Program-made: the position numbers and the translations under genes | Shown here: positions 16,004 through 24,377 of the stretch, piece after piece | Position numbering within the stretch: the first letter of the stretch is position 1 | How the letters are laid out: each line of letters begins with the position of its first letter | The notes under the pieces: model-generated | Seen by the model: only the letters and a program-made list of their open reading frames with translations | Told to the model about the DNA's origin: nothing | Database searches by the model: none | Origin: Calditrichia bacterium | Lineage (GTDB): Bacteria > Calditrichota > Calditrichia > RBG-13-44-9 | DNA: 26,006 nt | NCBI GenBank assembly: GCA_037381445.1 | Contig: JARRQT010000019.1 | Location: forward strand, 1 to 26,006 | Direction: 5' to 3'

Positions 16004-18229
16004 ATGCAAAGATTTAAGGCAAGCCCCTCTGTTTTTTCCCTCCTTATTATTGCTGTACTGGAATTGATATTTTTTCTGATTACCAATAAATCGCGAACGC
16101 AATACGGATTGCCCGTTTATTACAAAGCCAACGAAGCCTATAATGAAGGCAATTATCAACAGGCCCTGGATGGATTCTACGCCTCTCTGAGAACCGACAG
16201 GGGTATTTTAAAGCAGGACCCGCTCTTATATTTTAAGATTGGTTATGCTTTGCTGCGAACCAATGAGTGGAGCAAAGCAATCCAGGTCTTCGAGAAAAAC
16301 CGGTCCCATTTGAAGGAAGTGGAGGAGTATCTTGTTTATTTTCAACTTGATGCCCACCTGAGGATGGGCGACACGCTGAGCGCCATGCAACAGATTCATT
16401 ATCTCCGCAATAATTTCCCATCCTCGCCGCTAATTTTCTTTGCCGATTCTGTACAGGCCTCCCTGTTCCTGCAAAATAATGAACCGGACAGCGCGCTGAA
16501 ATATCTGAATTTGATGCTGAAAAGCGGCCAGTTTGAAAGAACCCGGATCCATCTGGAAATGCTTGATATTTTTAAGAAAAAAGAAAATATATCTACCTAT
16601 CGGGAGAATGCCTTTAAGTTCCTGGCCCGATATCCCTTCCATAACCGGGCGGAAGCGGTTTATGAGGAACTGCTGCAAACTTATCCGGATAAAATTCCGC
16701 TTGGTTATCTCCGGAAGCTTTTTAATTATTTGTTTACCACCAAACAATTTCTTGCCGCCGAAAAACTTGTCGGTGAACAAACCAAATTGGCCCAATCGAT
16801 CAATGAGAAAGACTATTTATACTGGGTGCCGGTAGAGATTGCCTACCGTCAAGAGGAATATCAGCGGGTTTTGGACTGGTGTCTCGGTCAGCGGAAAAAT
16901 TTCCAGACACAGGCCACACGGCGTCTGGTCGATTTGCACATCGCAAGGTGTTACCTGCGCTTGGGAGATGTCAAAAAATCGATCCATGCCTATTTACAAT
17001 ATCAGCACAATTATCCGTCGGACGGACTGTCTCCTGAGGTGCTCTGGAAGGTGGCCTGGCTGTATGAGAATAATCAGGAAATTTCCCGCGCTATAAAGAT
17101 GTATCAAAAACTGGTAAAAACCTACCGGAGAAGTCAGTTCAATGATGAGTCATATTTCCGCATCGGGCTGAATTATTATCGATTGGGCAAATACCGCACC
17201 GCAAGGGATAACTGGCAGCGGGCGCTGCCTCGGATTAATGATTCATCCCACCGGGACCGCATCCGGTACTGGATTGGAAAATGTTATGAGAAAGAAGGGG
17301 AGTACGAAAAGAAGGGGGAAATTTACATTGATCTGGCCAGGCGTCCGGTAGACAGTTTTTATAATCTGAAAGCCTTTTACCTGACCAGCGACAGCGGAAG
17401 CGTGCATCAGATTTTCAGGGAAACTCTTTGGCAGCTGCATCATCTCAATCACAGTTTTCTTCCCAGAAATATCCTTCGGTTTCGGAAAGCCTTATTGGTG
17501 AAAGAGATGCTGGGTTCGCGATGGAGCGATCTGGAACTCCAAACTTTGAATTTCGACATCAACGATTGGAAGAAAATTTATGCCCTCGGCGAATTATATG
17601 AACGTATGGAAAATTACGGGCAGGCGTACCGCACTTTCCGTTCTATTTTTAACACTCATTTCAGTTCTGCGGATATCACCGAAATGCTGCCTGTCTTCAA
17701 AAAGCTTTACCCCTTTTATTTTAAGAATTTTATCGATTCCACCGCCGAAAAATTTTCGGTGCCGCAGGAGTTGATATTAAGCGTCATGAAAAAGGAAAGC
17801 GCCTTTGAACCGGAAATCATCTCATACGCCAATGCCTATGGACTCATGCAACTATTACCCATGACCGCATCCCAGATTGCCCCGGGACTGCGAATGCGAT
17901 ACACCTCAACCCGGCAACTTTTCGATCCTGAAACGAATATAAAAATGGGCACTTATTATCTCTCTTCTCTGCTGAAGCGTTATGATGGGGATATCATAAA
18001 AGCACTTGCGGCCTATAATGCCGGACCACACCGGGTCGATCGCTGGGTCAGAGAGAATCCGACTGATGATGATGACCTGTTTATGGAAAATATCGAATTT
18101 GAACAGACACGGGTTTACGTACGCACGTGTCTGAAATATTACTGGATCTACCGCGCCATATCCAATCCCGGTCAGGTTCCGGAGGAAGTTCTCCGCTTTC
18201 CGGTGAGTCTGACCCGGGTTTCTCAATAG
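16004..18229 (+). CDS. Slt70-like lytic murein transglycosylase with N-terminal TPR superhelix
   Basis: N-terminal TM/signal segment and TPR helices. C-terminal SLT domain with YPFYF, catalytic KKES, AYGLMQL, NIKMGTYYL, AAYNAG and FEQTRVYV. Confidence 0.9.
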   Translation: MQRFKASPSVFSLLIIAVLELIFFLITNKSRTQYGLPVYYKANEAYNEGNYQQALDGFYASLRTDRGILKQDPLLYFKIGYALLRTNEWSKAIQVFEKNRSHLKEVEEYLVYFQLDAHLRMGDTLSAMQQIHYLRNNFPSSPLIFFADSVQASLFLQNNEPDSALKYLNLMLKSGQFERTRIHLEMLDIFKKKENISTYRENAFKFLARYPFHNRAEAVYEELLQTYPDKIPLGYLRKLFNYLFTTKQFLAAEKLVGEQTKLAQSINEKDYLYWVPVEIAYRQEEYQRVLDWCLGQRKNFQTQATRRLVDLHIARCYLRLGDVKKSIHAYLQYQHNYPSDGLSPEVLWKVAWLYENNQEISRAIKMYQKLVKTYRRSQFNDESYFRIGLNYYRLGKYRTARDNWQRALPRINDSSHRDRIRYWIGKCYEKEGEYEKKGEIYIDLARRPVDSFYNLKAFYLTSDSGSVHQIFRETLWQLHHLNHSFLPRNILRFRKALLVKEMLGSRWSDLELQTLNFDINDWKKIYALGELYERMENYGQAYRTFRSIFNTHFSSADITEMLPVFKKLYPFYFKNFIDSTAEKFSVPQELILSVMKKESAFEPEIISYANAYGLMQLLPMTASQIAPGLRMRYTSTRQLFDPETNIKMGTYYLSSLLKRYDGDIIKALAAYNAGPHRVDRWVRENPTDDDDLFMENIEFEQTRVYVRTCLKYYWIYRAISNPGQVPEEVLRFPVSLTRVSQ

Positions 18230-18238
18230 GGAAAAATC

Positions 18239-18267
18239 TTGCATTTCAGGGGTGCGGTAAATATATT
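18239..18267 (+). promoter_or_regulatory. putative sigma70-type promoter for the mltD-like gene
   Basis: TTGCAT (18239-18244), 17-nt spacer, TATATT (18262-18267). AAGGGA RBS at 18293-18298 before the ATG at 18307. Confidence 0.55.
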
Positions 18268-18306
18268 AATCTCGCGCCAAATACGTTGTACAAAGGGAAT
18301 TTGCCA

Positions 18307-20012
18307 ATGTTTCGAAACTTTTTTACAAGGTTGTCTCTGATTCTATTCGGGCTGTTGATTCTCTGCACGGCAGGTTATTCGCAGTCCGGGTGGCCATACC
18401 GGGAGGCCCTGAAGAACGAGATTCATTTCTGGAAGCAGATATTTACGTTCTATTCACAGGACCAGCATGTTCTCCATGATGCTGAAAATCTGAGCATCAT
18501 CTACAAAGTTGTCACATTCGATTCGTCGGTGAGCGAAAGGGCGCGGGAAAAACAGCTCAATTCCATCAAGGACGATATCAAAAACACACTGCAGCATCTG
18601 GCCATGCGGGAAGAAGATGATCTGCTATCCATCGACGATATGAATATCGTGAATTTGTTCGGTGATTCCGTTCAAAGCGAAGTGCTGCGCAGGGCGGGCG
18701 ATAATATCCGGGCGCAGCAAGGAATGCGTGAAAAATTCAAAGAGGGAATGGAACAGGCTCTGGCATATCTGCCCTTCATCGAGCAGATTTTTATTGAAGA
18801 GGGCGTACCGCGGGGTCTATCCGCCCTGCCCCATATTGAATCTTCTTTTAATCCCCGCGCCCGCTCCCACGCCGGTGCGGCCGGTATGTGGCAGTTTATG
18901 CGTTCAACGGCACGATTATTCATGAAAGTGAACCGCATTATCGATCAGCGCTACGATCCTCTGATATCGACACGGGCCGCTGCACGTTTGATGAAATATA
19001 ACTATCAAAAAACAGGGGATTGGGGTCTTGCTGTGACTGCTTACAACTTTGGACTTGCCGGAATTCAGAGAGCCGCCAGACTGCACGGATCGGATTACCT
19101 GAAAGTGAGGGAGTCGTTTAAAAACCGCAGGTTCCGCTTCGCTTCCAAAAACTTTTATCCGGAGTTCCTGGCCGTTACGGAAATAATGAATCACGCTCAG
19201 GCCTATTTTCCCGACGTAAAACCGGCGTCTTTGCCTCCTAAGCTGAAATACCGTTTGAAAAAGAGCATCCGGTTGCCTCAGCTGGCCAAACGAATGGGAC
19301 TTGACCTCGACGAACTGAAAACCCTGAATCCGGTTTACACCTCCCGGGCCTGGCGGGGATGGGTAAATATTCCTGCGGGCTATTGGTTGAATCTGCCCGC
19401 AGGGACTGACCTCGCGGGGCTGGATAAATATTTTCATGAAACCAGTATGAAACTGGCTGAAAATGAAAAGGATGAGACGGCAGGAAAAAATATATCGGAA
19501 TCTCCTTCCATCATTATTGTACCGCCGGCCGAAAACCAGGATTTACTGGGGGGTGAATTGGCCTCAGCGGGACCGGTGCTCTGGGAAAAGCCGGGTGTGC
19601 TGCCTGAAAAATCACCATCCCCCATAATTATGGAAAACCTGCGCAAACAGGTCCAAAATAATAACAGCGACTCGGTCCTGTCATTGCAGGCAATTGACGG
19701 AGAACTGCAAAATAAACTGTCGGTCAGAAATGGAGCCATCATCGTTTTTGCCAATGAAACCCTGGGGCATTATGCCGACACCACCTCGGCAAAATAAAAC
19801 CCTATTTAAAACAGAAACAGTTTGTTCATTTCATAAATTATAAAGTAAATTCAGGAGAATCGGTTTGGGAATTGGCCCAGTACCGCTACAGGGTCCCGGT
19901 AGAAATGATTCAGTATTTGAATGCCAGTGAGGATATTAACAATCTCTATCCGGGGGATGTGATCAGAATACCAGTTTTATCAACAAATAATTCAATGGAG
20001 GAGACCTTATGA
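18307..20012 (+). pseudogene. MltD-like lytic transglycosylase with LysM domains, interrupted near 19780 (frame 1 stops at 19797; the C-terminal LysM continues in the -1 frame to 20012)
   Basis: True start is probably the ATG at 18307, giving signal peptide MFRNFFTRLSLILFGLLILCTAGYS. SLT motifs RAQQG, LPHIESSF, AAGMWQFM, AYNFG and FASKNFY, plus a LysM-like central repeat. After ETLGHYAD the frame ends, while 19782-20012 reads HLGKIKPYLKQKQFVHFINYKVNSGESVWELAQYRYRVPVEMIQYLNASEDINNLYPGDVIRIPVLSTNNSMEETL*. The catalytic domain is intact, so a truncated product (18307-19797) may still be made. The break may also be an assembly artefact. Confidence 0.75.
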
Positions 20013-20359
20013 AAATCAAAGAGAGTATCGAAGGAGATGTTGCGGTTATTTCGCTTTCGGGGAATATGATGGGCGGTCCGGAAACCACGGCTCTTCATGA
20101 CAAGGTGAAAAGCCTGATCGCAGACGGTGTGAAAAAGGTTGTTATTGATCTCAAGGGTGTGAAATGGATGAACAGTTCGGGTCTGGGCGTTTTGATGGCG
20201 TGCATGACCTCCCTGAATAACTCCGGCGGCAAGCTCAAACTCGCCAGTGTTACCGAAAAGGTGAAGAGTCTGCTGATGATCACCCAGTTGATGCGGATCT
20301 TCGATACTTATGAAAATTCAGAACGTGCCGTAGCAACATTTTTTGAAGAAGGAAATTAA
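20009..20359 (+). CDS. STAS-domain anti-sigma factor antagonist (RsbV/SpoIIAA family)
   Basis: Strong GGAGG RBS. VVIDLKGVKWMNSSGLGVL contains the phosphorylatable Ser motif, followed by GKLKL and LLMITQL. 116 aa. Confidence 0.92.
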   Translation: MKIKESIEGDVAVISLSGNMMGGPETTALHDKVKSLIADGVKKVVIDLKGVKWMNSSGLGVLMACMTSLNNSGGKLKLASVTEKVKSLLMITQLMRIFDTYENSERAVATFFEEGN

Positions 20360-20385
20360 CATTTTTCCGGAAGAAGGTTTGCCAT

Positions 20386-20421
20386 TCCGGAGTATTCCAT
20401 AAGATACTCCGGATTTTCTTT
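20386..20421 (+). terminator. rho-independent terminator
   Basis: Perfect 10-bp stem TCCGGAGTAT (20386-20395) / ATACTCCGGA (20404-20413), an 8-nt loop, then TTTTCTTT. Confidence 0.85.
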
Positions 20422-20668
20422 CGAATGTCTAACCGTTTTATTGTTCCTGTTTCCGCCCTGTCATATCGGATTTTCAGTTTTTGGGCTTTCGCGGGTATTC
20501 TGAAATACTGTTAAAACAATCTAATCTCTATCCTGCCAGCTGTTCAGGCGATAATTGTTCAAGTCAGTGGAATAAAAATCGCGATAATGCTGCCTGTCAT
20601 TTAATTTAATCAGTTCCCGTTGAATTTCCCTGAAACTGCTTTTTCTTTTTTTACATTTCAGAGGATAA

Positions 20669-21370
20669 ATGAAAATCGAACAGCGGCATAAATGGAATGT
20701 CACCACGGAGGAAGCCAGAGAAATCCAGCAGACCCTGCGCAGGAAACTGGAAACGGATATCCCCATCGAAATGGACAAAATTAAAACTATCGCGGCAGCC
20801 GATATTTCCTTTTCCCGTTTCGGCAAAATCCTGTTTGGGGCTGTAGTGCTGATGGATTTTGCAGACCTGGCATCTTTAAGGATTATTAGAAAAACGGCGG
20901 AAGCATCGTTTCCATATATTCCGGGATACCTCTCTTTCCGGGAAGCGCCGGTGATTATGGATATTTTCAGGGAGATTGACCCGCTGCCCGACGTGCTGCT
21001 CTGTGACGGGCATGGCGTCGCCCATCCGCGCGGATTCGGGCTGGCCTCCCATTTGGGGGTGCTACTGGATATCCCCAGTATCGGTTGCGCCAAATCGGTG
21101 CTGGTGGGGGAATATGAGGAGCCCGGAGCGGAAAGGGGAGACTATTCACCGCTGGTGTATCATGAAAGTATAGTGGGAGCGGCGCTGCGTACCCGGCAAA
21201 ATGTAAAACCGGTTTTCGTTTCCATCGGCAATAAAATCGGATTGGAGGATGCAATCAGGATTGTCCTCCACTGCAGTCCGCGTTACCGGATACCGGAGCC
21301 GGTCAGGCTGGCCCACCGCGAGGTGAATGATCTTCGGCGGCAATCGGAAAAACCAAAGTCTATCGCCTGA
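20669..21370 (+). CDS. nfi: endonuclease V (deoxyinosine 3'-endonuclease)
   Basis: Motifs AAADISF, FPYIPGYLSFRE (PYIP wedge), DGHGVAHPRGFGLASHLG, IGCAKS, PVFVSIG and RIPEPVRLAH. AGAGGA RBS. Confidence 0.96.
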   Translation: MKIEQRHKWNVTTEEAREIQQTLRRKLETDIPIEMDKIKTIAAADISFSRFGKILFGAVVLMDFADLASLRIIRKTAEASFPYIPGYLSFREAPVIMDIFREIDPLPDVLLCDGHGVAHPRGFGLASHLGVLLDIPSIGCAKSVLVGEYEEPGAERGDYSPLVYHESIVGAALRTRQNVKPVFVSIGNKIGLEDAIRIVLHCSPRYRIPEPVRLAHREVNDLRRQSEKPKSIA

Positions 21371-21553
21371 GGTATAAATAATTGAACTGGCAAACAGGGG
21401 GCAGCCGGCTTCTCATGGTCCAGTTGACATATATGGAATTTGATTTTTCTTTTTTGGTATTCACTGAAATTAAATATCGCTCTGGCTTGGCATAGCTGAC
21501 TTATTCAAAATAGATTTTCAGAATTCTGTTTTAAAAAGAACAGGGAACAGATT

Positions 21554-22279
21554 ATGAAAATTATATTTGGTTTTGTTATATTTTATTGTATCTCCCTTTT
21601 CTGTACGAAGGGGGAAAACAGCAACAGCACCCAACAAACAAACAGGTTTGACATTATGCGCGATAAAATGGTAGAGCAGCAGATACAGTCCCGCGGGGTA
21701 AAAGATAAACGGGTACTTGACGCATTGCGGAAAATACCGCGGCATAAGTTTGTGCCAAAATATCTGGAATCCCAGGCTTACAGTGACGATCCGCTTCCCA
21801 TAGGCGCGGGGCAGACCATTTCACAGCCTTACATTGTGGCCTATATGACGGAACAGCTGGAACTGCAGGGAAATGAGCGGGTTTTGGAGATCGGCACGGG
21901 CAGCGGCTATCAGGCGGCGGTTCTGGCCGAATTGTGCGATTCTGTCTACTCGGTGGAGATTATCCCCGAATTGTCCATGAATGCGCAGAAGGTGCTGGAT
22001 GAGATGGGTTATGACAATGTACATTTGAAAATCGGGGACGGCTTCCGGGGGTGGGCCGAGAAAGCACCTTTCGATGCGATTATTGTGACCGCTGCGCCCA
22101 CTGAGATCCCCGATGCGCTGGTGGCGCAACTGAAGGTGGGCGGCAGGATGATAATTCCTGTAGGGGATTTCTTTCAGGAGCTTTACCTGGTCATTAAAAC
22201 GGAAAAAGGAATTGAAAAACACCGGAAGCTTCCGGTTCGGTTTGTGCCCATGCGAGGTGAGTCCGAAACGGATGAATAG
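21554..22279 (+). CDS. pcm: protein-L-isoaspartate(D-aspartate) O-methyltransferase with N-terminal hydrophobic extension
   Basis: Motifs IPRHKFVP, AYSDDPLPIGAGQTISQPYIVA, VLEIGTGSGYQAAVLA, GDGFRGW..APFDAIIVTAA, QLKVGGRMIIPVG and VRFVPM. Confidence 0.96.
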   Translation: MKIIFGFVIFYCISLFCTKGENSNSTQQTNRFDIMRDKMVEQQIQSRGVKDKRVLDALRKIPRHKFVPKYLESQAYSDDPLPIGAGQTISQPYIVAYMTEQLELQGNERVLEIGTGSGYQAAVLAELCDSVYSVEIIPELSMNAQKVLDEMGYDNVHLKIGDGFRGWAEKAPFDAIIVTAAPTEIPDALVAQLKVGGRMIIPVGDFFQELYLVIKTEKGIEKHRKLPVRFVPMRGESETDE

Positions 22280-22431
22280 CATGGAATGACCGATTTTTCC
22301 CGTATATCAAAACCAGAAATTAATCGTGACTTCTTACCGCAGGATTAATCTGCCCAACCAGGCAGCACTCTCTCTTAGTATTCTTCCGGATACTATTCTG
22401 CTCCGAAAATGAATTTTATAGAAGTTTCCAA

Positions 22432-22461
22432 TTGAGATAGACTGTTTTTTTATGTTATATT
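22432..22461 (+). promoter_or_regulatory. putative sigma70-type promoter for the M50 protease gene
   Basis: TTGAGA (22432-22437), 18-nt spacer, TATATT (22456-22461), with an extended -10 TG at 22453-22454. Confidence 0.45.
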
Positions 22462-22494
22462 TAGCGCACCGTGTTATGAAACAGGAAAACATTG

Positions 22495-23625
22495 ATGAAT
22501 CAAGATAGATTGCAGCAAATTTCGGAAATCCTGGGACCCCGATTTCAAATGGATTATTTTTCCCGCACGAAGGGACATGCCTTATACCGCACAGATGAAC
22601 AGTCTGTGAGTATGGAGGAGATGGACCGGCTCATTGTTGAACTGATGACGAGAGGCTATGTCCCGCAGATTCAACGGCGCAACGGCGAATGGCTGATTCA
22701 CGTGATCCCGCAAACAAAAAGAAAACTGTTATCCAATCCGGTGATAAATGTCTTGCTTTTTTTACTCACCATCATCACGACAATGATGGCCGGTGCCACC
22801 CTGGTTGGAAAAGATTATTTCGCAAATTTTGGACTTATCATCTATGGCCTGAACTATTCATTTGCCGTTTTAACCATTCTGACCGCCCACGAAATGGGTC
22901 ACTATCTTGCCGCACGCTATCATAAAATGAAAGTCACCCTGCCGTATTATATTCCGCTGCCTATCCCGGGTTTTAATTTTGGCACGCTTGGGGCCTTCAT
23001 TAAAATTAAATCTCCCATTCCAAATCGGCTGGCGCTTCTGGATGTGGGGGCGGCGGGACCTCTGGCCGGTTTTGTGACCAGCCTGATTTTCTTGACTATC
23101 GGTTATCTGCGGCTTCCGGATCTGCAAGGAATCATCGCCTTTGTGGAAACTATTCACCCCTGGAACATGGATGGACAGGGGGTGAACCTGGTGCTGGGGA
23201 ATTCGCTGCTTTTCTCATTTTTCAATGACTTCCTGGCCGGCGGACGCCTCCCCATGAATGAAATCTATCATTTTCCGTTCATTTTTGCCGGGTGGATCGG
23301 CCTGCTGGTAACAGCCATAAATCTGATTCCTATAGGACAACTGGACGGCGGCCACATTCTGTTTTCCCTCATCGGGAAAAAAGCCCGAATGGTTGGCATC
23401 ATGGCTTTCCTGCTGCTGCTTGCACTGAATTTTGTTCTGATTGTCCGATACTTCTCTTTTGTGTGGGTAGTCTGGATAATCCTCATTCTGGTGCTCATCG
23501 GTTTCAGGCATCCGCCAACACTTTATGACAGCATGCCCCTCGATAAAAACCGAAGAATTATTGGATGGGTCACGCTGGTCATCTTTGTATTATGTTTTTC
23601 ACCGCTGCCCATTTATATCGGATAA
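22495..23625 (+). CDS. site-2 protease family (peptidase M50) intramembrane zinc metalloprotease
   Basis: HEMGH in a TM helix, GTLGAFI, DVGAAGPLAG and NLIPIGQLDGGH, with multiple TM segments. The ATG at 22495 (or the TTG at 22492) follows ACAGGA. Confidence 0.93.
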   Translation: MNQDRLQQISEILGPRFQMDYFSRTKGHALYRTDEQSVSMEEMDRLIVELMTRGYVPQIQRRNGEWLIHVIPQTKRKLLSNPVINVLLFLLTIITTMMAGATLVGKDYFANFGLIIYGLNYSFAVLTILTAHEMGHYLAARYHKMKVTLPYYIPLPIPGFNFGTLGAFIKIKSPIPNRLALLDVGAAGPLAGFVTSLIFLTIGYLRLPDLQGIIAFVETIHPWNMDGQGVNLVLGNSLLFSFFNDFLAGGRLPMNEIYHFPFIFAGWIGLLVTAINLIPIGQLDGGHILFSLIGKKARMVGIMAFLLLLALNFVLIVRYFSFVWVVWIILILVLIGFRHPPTLYDSMPLDKNRRIIGWVTLVIFVLCFSPLPIYIG

Positions 23626-23677
23626 AGAGAGTATTGATGCTATTCAAACCTATTCAGAAGTGGAGAATTAAACGGGT

Positions 23678-24301
23678 ATGATCTATTTTGCGATAATTGC
23701 CGGCGTCATTATTTTGGCCATCTTCATCCTGGTTTGGCTGCGAAAATTGCAGTTTGATCAGGTACACCGCAACTTTTTGGACCTTGTGGACCATTTCGGT
23801 GGAAAAGTAGTCCGGGGCGGATTCGCCGTTCGTCCCCGTTACGGAGGCATTTACAAGGATTTCAAGCTCGCAATATCCATTTCCAGCGAACAAAAATCAA
23901 AGGAACACGAACGCAGGTTTTACATTTCCGTTTTTTTGCAGTCGCCGGCCGGAATCAATTATACTGTCCTTTCTAAAAAATGGATGGAATGGCGGGAGAA
24001 TGATTCCAAACATAAACGAATCACACAGGATATCCCTTCTACCGATTACCTGGTAGAGGTAGCGGATGAAAATATCCTGCCAAAGCTGGATTTCAACGGA
24101 ATCGGAAAGATCGTTAAGAGGATCGATCCCTTTGCCTACGCACTGGTATCACGCCGGGGCGTGATACTGGAGCGTCTTTCCGGCGATTTGATCAGGGATA
24201 CCGAATTCGCCAAACTCAATCCGCTGATCGAAGGCGTTTACGAACTAACGGCGATCTCGGAAAAATCATCAAGCCCGCAGGAAAGCGGCAGCGAAGTGTA
24301 G
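23678..24301 (+). CDS. hypothetical membrane-anchored protein
   Basis: 207-aa ORF with one N-terminal TM helix (IYFAIIAGVIILAIFILVW) followed by RK. GGAG about 13 nt upstream. Confidence 0.7.
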   Translation: MIYFAIIAGVIILAIFILVWLRKLQFDQVHRNFLDLVDHFGGKVVRGGFAVRPRYGGIYKDFKLAISISSEQKSKEHERRFYISVFLQSPAGINYTVLSKKWMEWRENDSKHKRITQDIPSTDYLVEVADENILPKLDFNGIGKIVKRIDPFAYALVSRRGVILERLSGDLIRDTEFAKLNPLIEGVYELTAISEKSSSPQESGSEV

Positions 24302-24377
24302 AACCTGAATTATTCTATTGTTTTTGAGCAAAGAGCTGCAACGCGTCGGCCGAACATAAAATTCAAAATGTAAAAAT

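Noticed and set aside
18127..18306. 60-aa N-terminal extension of the MltD-like ORF in the ORF track
   Set aside because: It overlaps the slt-like gene by about 100 nt and is low in information. A promoter, an RBS and a signal peptide all point to the ATG at 18307.
20521..21093. 190-aa - strand ORF overlapping nfi
   Set aside because: It is mostly antisense to a highly conserved gene, with Ser-rich shadow composition. Only its distal DNA may hold a relic, in other frames.
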